Shown here piece after piece: positions 57,309 to 64,000 of a DNA stretch of 64,000 nt. The stretch is from contig OX597821.1 of assembly GCA_951406725.2 (NCBI GenBank), forward strand, positions 61,752,001 to 61,816,000. The letters are read 5' to 3'. The DNA is from Octopus vulgaris. Its lineage: Eukaryota. The notes beneath the pieces are model-generated. The model saw only the letters and a list, made by a program, of their open reading frames with translations, did no database searches and was not told where the DNA came from. How positions within the stretch are numbered: position 1 is the first letter of the stretch; every line of letters begins with the position of its first letter. A program made the position numbers and the translations under genes.

Positions 57309-57532
57309 CCAAAATATTAGTACCAAGCAGTGTTTAGGCATAAGCAAATTTTAAGTTAGCTAAAATATGTTTTTGACATATTTCAATTGATTAAAAGCAA
57401 ATTCTCTGCAGTAACCGTAAGGAAAATATATTCTAATGGTAAAAATGTATAAAATCACACTGTTCAGTTTCGCCATCTCGCAGGATACCCTGACATCGAT
57501 GTTCCTAGCTTCTTACATCTTTTAAATGGGAA

Positions 57533-57575
57533 ATATCAGGATGATAAAAAGTAAGCAACGTTTTGAACCATGAAG
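57533..57575. mobile_element. Solo mariner TIR-like sequence
   Basis: TATCAGGATGATAAAAAGTAAGCAACGTTTTGAACCATGAA resembles 55928-55970 in the same orientation, so it is not the partner TIR of that element. Confidence 0.5.
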
Positions 57576-57684
57576 AATTTGTACTGGATTTTTGCTGAGT
57601 GTTGATTTTGTTTTTTTAAACATTCATTGGAAATTGTCTGATAATAATATAGACTTGCCCAAATGCATCAAAGTTTGGGTTGGC

Positions 57685-57790
57685 TCCAGGTTATAGTCGA
57701 TGACACCCTCGCAAGGTTCCACGCGGTGAGACCGAACCCAGAGTTACGTGGTTGGGATGTAAACTTCTTATACAGCTAGCTTTGCACCAA
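57685..57790 (-). mobile_element. Diverged SINE family A head fragment
   Basis: AGGTTATAGTCGATGACAC...CAAGGTTCCACGC...GAACCC...GTGGTTGGG. Confidence 0.6.
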
Positions 57791-58079
57791 CTAGTCATAC
57801 TTTTCCACTTTCAAAACCCAGTGCTTCGCCTAAGAATTACCATCATTCTCCAACGAAAGTGTATACATCGTTCTCAATGAAATGATTAAAATCTCGAGAA
57901 CGTCCAACGATATTGGTAGGAAAATTGACGACTCAGATGCCATTAGGATCCTCTGTAGATTTTAAGTCCTAGGCACTATCCAAATTCCCAAACTCCCGTG
58001 TCGTGACCGTGAAAACTTCAACTCTTACCAAATGTTCACCTACGACTTCCAGAATAGATTTCTACAGAGAATCCTTAAA

Positions 58080-58400
58080 ATGTTAGGTCAGTGTCATATT
58101 ACAATGGTTAATTGTATCAAGCGTTGATAAAAGAAAGCCTTCACATAAATCGTATCCGAAATAATAAAACATTCAGAGTGAGAACAATAGAGAATGATTC
58201 ACGGCTTGTATATTAAATGTCTATACTTAACACACAAACCTTATCGCCTTACATAGAACGCAATTCTCTTTAAACATAAGTACCAAATATCCATTAAAAG
58301 TCCATTAAAATCACTAAAATGCGATAAAGTTTACGCATGACACAATCACTAGCTTCATTCCTATCAATTTCTGAAGCATTTGACACTAGAATCATGTCGT
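58080..58400 (+). mobile_element. Possible very old LINE RT remnant
   Basis: NVRSVS (NYRPIS-like) and LASFLSISEAFDT (FLD.SKAFD-like). Heavily decayed. Confidence 0.3.
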
Positions 58401-60559
58401 CACCGACATTCGAGCGTATCTCTTGCAGTATGAAAACGGATTTGATTGTCCGTTGTCTTGCGCTTCAACGTCGATTTTTAAAATATATAAAACTATTTTC
58501 AGTCATTTTCAGTTGTTCTATTCTTTCTTATATGAACGCCATTTTGAATTAATCACCGATTGTAAGAAGCTATTAAGTGTATTCTGAGTCGATAAAAATA
58601 TACCGTTACTTACGACTGAACAGTTGCAATATTGGTAATATTATTCATATCATGGTATACGGAACAGAGCTAGAATAGATATGAAAATATTGATGTCATA
58701 TCACGACTGCCGATCAGGCATGATTACAATTTTTTTATGACAAACGTCATAAAAAGCTTGTTCTATTCTAGTTTCGAAAACATTAAATCGTTGAGGAAAT
58801 TTGTGATCATATATGCAGGCAGATATGAATGTTATTCGAATTAAAAAATTCGTCGATTGGCTGGTAAAATAAATATCGAAGTAGAACACCTATGAGAGCC
58901 TTCGTTTAAAGCGTCATAAAAGAAATGAGGAAGAGGATTTATCAATTTCGCTGTCGTATTTTCTGAGAATAGTTATTCCAAGCCAAAATAATACAAACGG
59001 ATATTTGATGCCGCTGGGAGCCATCATGTCGTGGTAAATGAATGAAATGAATCATAGATATTAATCAGTCTGTGCATAATATTACTGGCCAAATATGCAA
59101 GATGGTATGGATATGAATTACATCTATTATGTCAGTCATTTACAAACTGCACCTGATAAAAGATACAAAAACATAGTGAATAGCCAAAAACATGCCGAAG
59201 AGCGTATGCCAATTACACCGATGATAAAATTCATTCTGCTATTTGTTTACGAAACTACTATATGTAGTAAAAAAGTATTAACCATTATTAATGAAATGTA
59301 TTATATTGCGGGAAATTATCATCACAGATGATTCTAAAGTAGTTTTGTCCAACAATAGAACACAATTTACTATATCTACGAGCAGATCTGAAGTGAAGTT
59401 TGAATTCGACTGTAAACAATGCCTATTTTCCCACGCAATAACAAGTGTTCGATGCAGAGTGTTTCGTTCGAGCATATAAATATGTAGCTCGCAATGCATG
59501 TCCCCAATATAACTGATTGTTAGAAGGACAGTCTGGCAGGTTTTTACACAGAGGACTGTCATGAAAAATTCAATTGAAGTTGTGACAGAAAAAAATGAAG
59601 TGAAAACGAAAAGAAAACATTCGAAACAATTCTAAAAATTAAACGGATTTGTAGCAGAATTAAGAAGAAACTAAGCCCATTGGTCAATAAGGCTCAACGG
59701 AAAAGGCATCCAAATCTGATTCAAATAGTAATATATGCGCCGCCACAGCTGAAAGGATGTAGATCAAATGAATGATTAGTTCATGTGTGTAATAGTTTCA
59801 CAGGCACCATCGTTCGCTAAATGACCATCATAATCCAAATCGTGGTCACACCAGTCCCTACAACTGCACATACCCACCACGCAACGATGAACGTAAATAA
59901 CCCTTAGGTCTTTATATTAACCAACATTTAAACGCTATGGCCTGTAATGTTTCTCTGTATCTCGTACAACTCATTTTATTGAAAACCAACTTAGCACGTG
60001 TTTTATGTGAGCATTTTATATAAATGCTATGTGTATTTGTGCGTATTTTGTGAGACGATGTCTTGTAAAAAGTCTTTAAATAAAGAAGTGGATTATATTC
60101 ATAGATATGTTGCAGTCAGTTTCTTCTTCAATTGGAAGATAAGTAGATTTATGTATACAACTAATGGCTACGAAAATAACTTCTGATTCAAGAAGAAATT
60201 GATACAATATTGTTATACTAACTGAACACCCACGTAGATGCTAATGTTTTATTTATGTTATTTCTATGTACTACATTATGTGTATTTTAAACTTGCGTCG
60301 GAGTAAAATTCCGTTACGGGTATTTACCTATTTAGAAGGCAGTTATATGATTGTGTGTCTGTAAATGGAAGAATATTAGTGCACTGATACATACAATTTT
60401 ACATTGTAATAAAGAATTGCATGAAATGAAGTTTTTCGTACAAACCGATATGTTGCATCGTGGCAAGAAAAAAAGCAAGAACCACAAAGCATAAATATGC
60501 GATAAACTCTGGAAGTGATGCAGTTGAAGCTTAACTCAGTTGAGGTTTTAAGACAGAAG

Positions 60560-60870
60560 CATTGTTAATTCCTTACCCTCAAATCAGATAAGAGATGATG
60601 TCATACAATGTTATCTACGTCGTATAATTCTAGTACATTTGAAAACGATTTACCGCAGGATAATATAATTCGAGGGGATTTTAACGCACATTCGAAATCC
60701 ATGAAACACACTGGAGACACAAACATTAAAATGAATTATTTGTACAGCGAAATCGATCGAGCTAACATTATTATCATGCTAATTTACATTTGTAGCCGAA
60801 TACGTTGATTATTGATATATCATGCACGAAGAAATATGCGAAAGTTATTGACCTGTTTCCCGGCTAGCTT
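60560..60870 (+). mobile_element. APE-type endonuclease remnant of an old LINE
   Basis: NIIRGDFNAHS...NYLYSEIDRANIIIML and a downstream VIDL match the GDFNAH...L...I...NL..LN...IDL pattern. Confidence 0.55.
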
Positions 60871-61936
60871 TGAGGTATTTAATGAGAAACAGGATCAAAC
60901 AAATATGATTATTTCATTGAAAACCGCGGTGTGTACATGTGAATTTGGATTGAAAATGATAGCCATGAAAAGGCGAGATAGTCCATAGATAGATGAAACA
61001 TAATAGATAATTAGAAGCCATGGCAGAATTTGTATCATTATTGGATTTATCTGAGAGCAATCCGATATTAGTGTCAGTCCGTCGCACAAACAAAAGCAAA
61101 ATATACTTTGTACTTTATGTCCGTTAGATGATGGCAATTTTCTTACTATCTTCGAAATTATGATTTCAATTATTGTTTCGACGACTTCAGAAGTCTTTTT
61201 CGAGTTGGTAATTTCTTTGTTGTTCATAGATTAATAAATGTATTCCGTAAAAATTTCGTTACGTTTGGAACATATTGTGCTTTTTTGAAAAGATACTGTT
61301 GCAGACAGTCTTATCTCACTTTAATGAAAATTTCAATTGCAATTACACTTCTATATAATTAATTAATATTCAAAAATTATAAGCAAAATCATAATTTTCT
61401 CTCCACCAGAAGAGATAGTAGAAGGATTGGGGTTACAAGCAATACGAAGATTCAAACATGAGATTTTAACGAGAATTAGTATATCAGTGGGATGATTTGC
61501 GGTATATTATGACACGAGGCGTGATTGCTAACCGCCAGTGTAAGGGATTTTATCATATGAAAGTGAATAATTGAAAATGATATTCGTTGTAATTTAAACT
61601 GAACTGGAATTTTTGAGTACTTACTTCACATGGAATTTGACAAGGGCGGATTCGCTGAAATATGATTTTGCGAATTAATATGTCGCTTAGAATAAATTGT
61701 TTATTTAAAAACATTGCCCTGCTCAGTATATTATTAAAAATTCCCATTAATGTCAGATTGTTTCAACAGCAATATTTCCATATTTCCGATATTCATTGGC
61801 CATTATAGGGATAACAAGAATTAAAATAAAGTATTTCATGAACATTTCAAAATATTGTTGACAGATATCTGTTCAGATGCTCAGCATAAAAGCAATCTTC
61901 AATATAACAATGTATATTTGATGGAATCACTCAGGA

Positions 61937-61974
<38 letters not shown>

Positions 61975-62003
61975 CACAGATATATATATATATACATACA
62001 CAG

Positions 62004-62043
<40 letters not shown>

Positions 62044-63669
62044 ATACATGTACATGGGTGTGTGTGTTTATACTTATGTATATTTATTTATACATCATTC
62101 ACGTTTTCCATGTCAGAGACGACGAATTCTCGCCCAAGAATATAGCTGGATACCAGTTTATGCCATGATAAACATCTAAAATGCACGAATGGATCCGGTA
62201 CACTTGCTTGTCACTCCTGTGGAACTTGGCATTTTACAAATTTAACGAGCTCTTAAACAACCTTCCCCCAAAATATGATGTTACCTTAGGGTGGTTTCTT
62301 TATATTAGACACTATATATACATGGCTATTTTGAATATTGCATAATAGCTAACTGCTTGCTTTTCTTTCGCTAGCTTCTCCATGAGTTTTTATAAGTGTG
62401 CGATACGAGAAACGAGGAGTAACCACCCAGCTGGTATAATATTTCTTTTCCTTTATTAAATCTGAGTGTAAACGATTAGACTGAAACAGAATAATTATAA
62501 ATATATTTCTGTTTGGGGTGTTATTAACTGCGCCAGCGCTGGACAATTGGGAGAAACAATACAATGCGCTACATATACACTTGCAATATGTCGAGAAGAT
62601 TCTTTGCTTGTTTGTCCTATTTTGATAGGAGGTGTCATAAATCCCTTTTCTAGTAGACTGAACGACTGCGAACGATCTTCTCCGCTATTTTCGCCTTTCA
62701 TTTTGTATTGTTGACTGGCAACTAAGTAAATATATAAACATACTACAATCACTTAACTGACCAAATAGATAGCAATCACTATTTGTTAAAAACAAATGAT
62801 TTCAATTATGAATTAGTTCTGTGGCGTTTCAGTGTAGAATAAAATAAGAAAAACCAATCAGCTAATTGTGGGAACCATTTACTAATCCCAGTTAAATTCG
62901 AATGAATAATTATTTCTTGAAGGTGTCCTTTAAATAGTAATGATCATAAACCATTTTAAATTGTATCTTGTTTCGAGAGAGTCTTGGAACCAGTTTGGAA
63001 ACTATGTTGGTGCAACGTCACTCGCGCAGAAGATTTGCCTGGTTGAAAATTGTATTTTATCGGCAACAGCTCTCAGTTTTATTTATAATTTTGTCCCTTA
63101 GTCTCGAATATAAAGCCAGTGAGTTAATTCATTAGGTTGCGGATCTAATAACCGATATTAATGCGAAGAGCTTCATACACACTAAATCAAATATATAGTG
63201 GTCAATTATATATGATTAATAGAGGGGATAGGTATATTTTGTGGGTTTTTTTGTCGACTTAAGTACTTTGTTAAATTATACGATAATAACCAAGCATACA
63301 CACTCAGACACACAAATACACACACACATACACACACGTACACATATACAAACAGCTATACTATTGCATTGAAAAGGAGCTAAGAAGAGATTAAAAGAAA
63401 ATGTTTGACAGCTGTACACTGTATTGAAGAGTATTCAATTTGGTCATTATAAAAGAGATTCCGTTCCTTCTACAGAACACTCCTTAATGAAATAACCATT
63501 AGCAGGGTAAATGGAATACATTGTTGTATCTGATTCAGATTTAGAGGAAGGTACATTAATGGAAAATATTGAGTAAATATATGTTTAAGACACTTTGACA
63601 CGTTACTGTGCACGTATTGTTCAATAGGTATCTCGGAAAATTTTCAGTACTGTAATGTGAATATTGGCT

Positions 63670-63878
63670 TCAAATTTTGAAACAAGGCCCATAATTTTAG
63701 GGGAGGTGTAAGTGGATTACATCGACCGAAGTTCACAACTGGTACGCATTTTATGGAGGAAGAAAATATTAATTGCAAGTTGGAACTTGGCAGAATTTGA
63801 ACTCAGAATATAAAGACGGACGAAAAGCCACTATGCATTTTGCAAAGCGTGCCAACGATTCAGCCAGCTCGATGGCTT
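63670..63878 (-). mobile_element. SINE family B, second copy
   Basis: Homologous to 40135-40335. Confidence 0.78.
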
Positions 63879-64000
63879 CCCGTTACTCGAATATTTTACA
63901 CAAAGAGGTTAGTAAAGATATTCAAGGCATATTTATATTATAAGGTACAAAGCACAAAGTTACAGTGTATTATGACCTATATAGCTATAGCATAATTTCG

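Overview
This is AT-rich, repeat-dominated eukaryotic DNA with no supportable host protein-coding gene. The SINE families and microsatellite load resemble an octopus (cephalopod) genome; this is recognition from memory, not a search. Bases 1-14950 are a tandem satellite of an 86-bp unit with a 75-bp variant, carrying an octamer ATTTGCAT in nearly every unit, and it contains a 100-N gap. The rest is a mosaic of microsatellites and decayed mobile elements: tRNA-derived SINEs, R4/Dong-like and Hero-like RLE retrotransposons, L1/Tx1-like LINEs, Penelope-like fragments with hammerhead-ribozyme-like motifs, mariner relics, Helitron/HINE elements and two foldback elements. The best leads are a 177-bp T-shaped hairpin element (45508-45684), R4-like retroelements stacked at (CATA)n versus (TAA)n microsatellites, the octamer-bearing satellite, the minimal hammerhead-like motifs, and a template-switch scar inside a SINE. 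Almost all ORFs in the supplied track are microsatellite or transposon artefacts.
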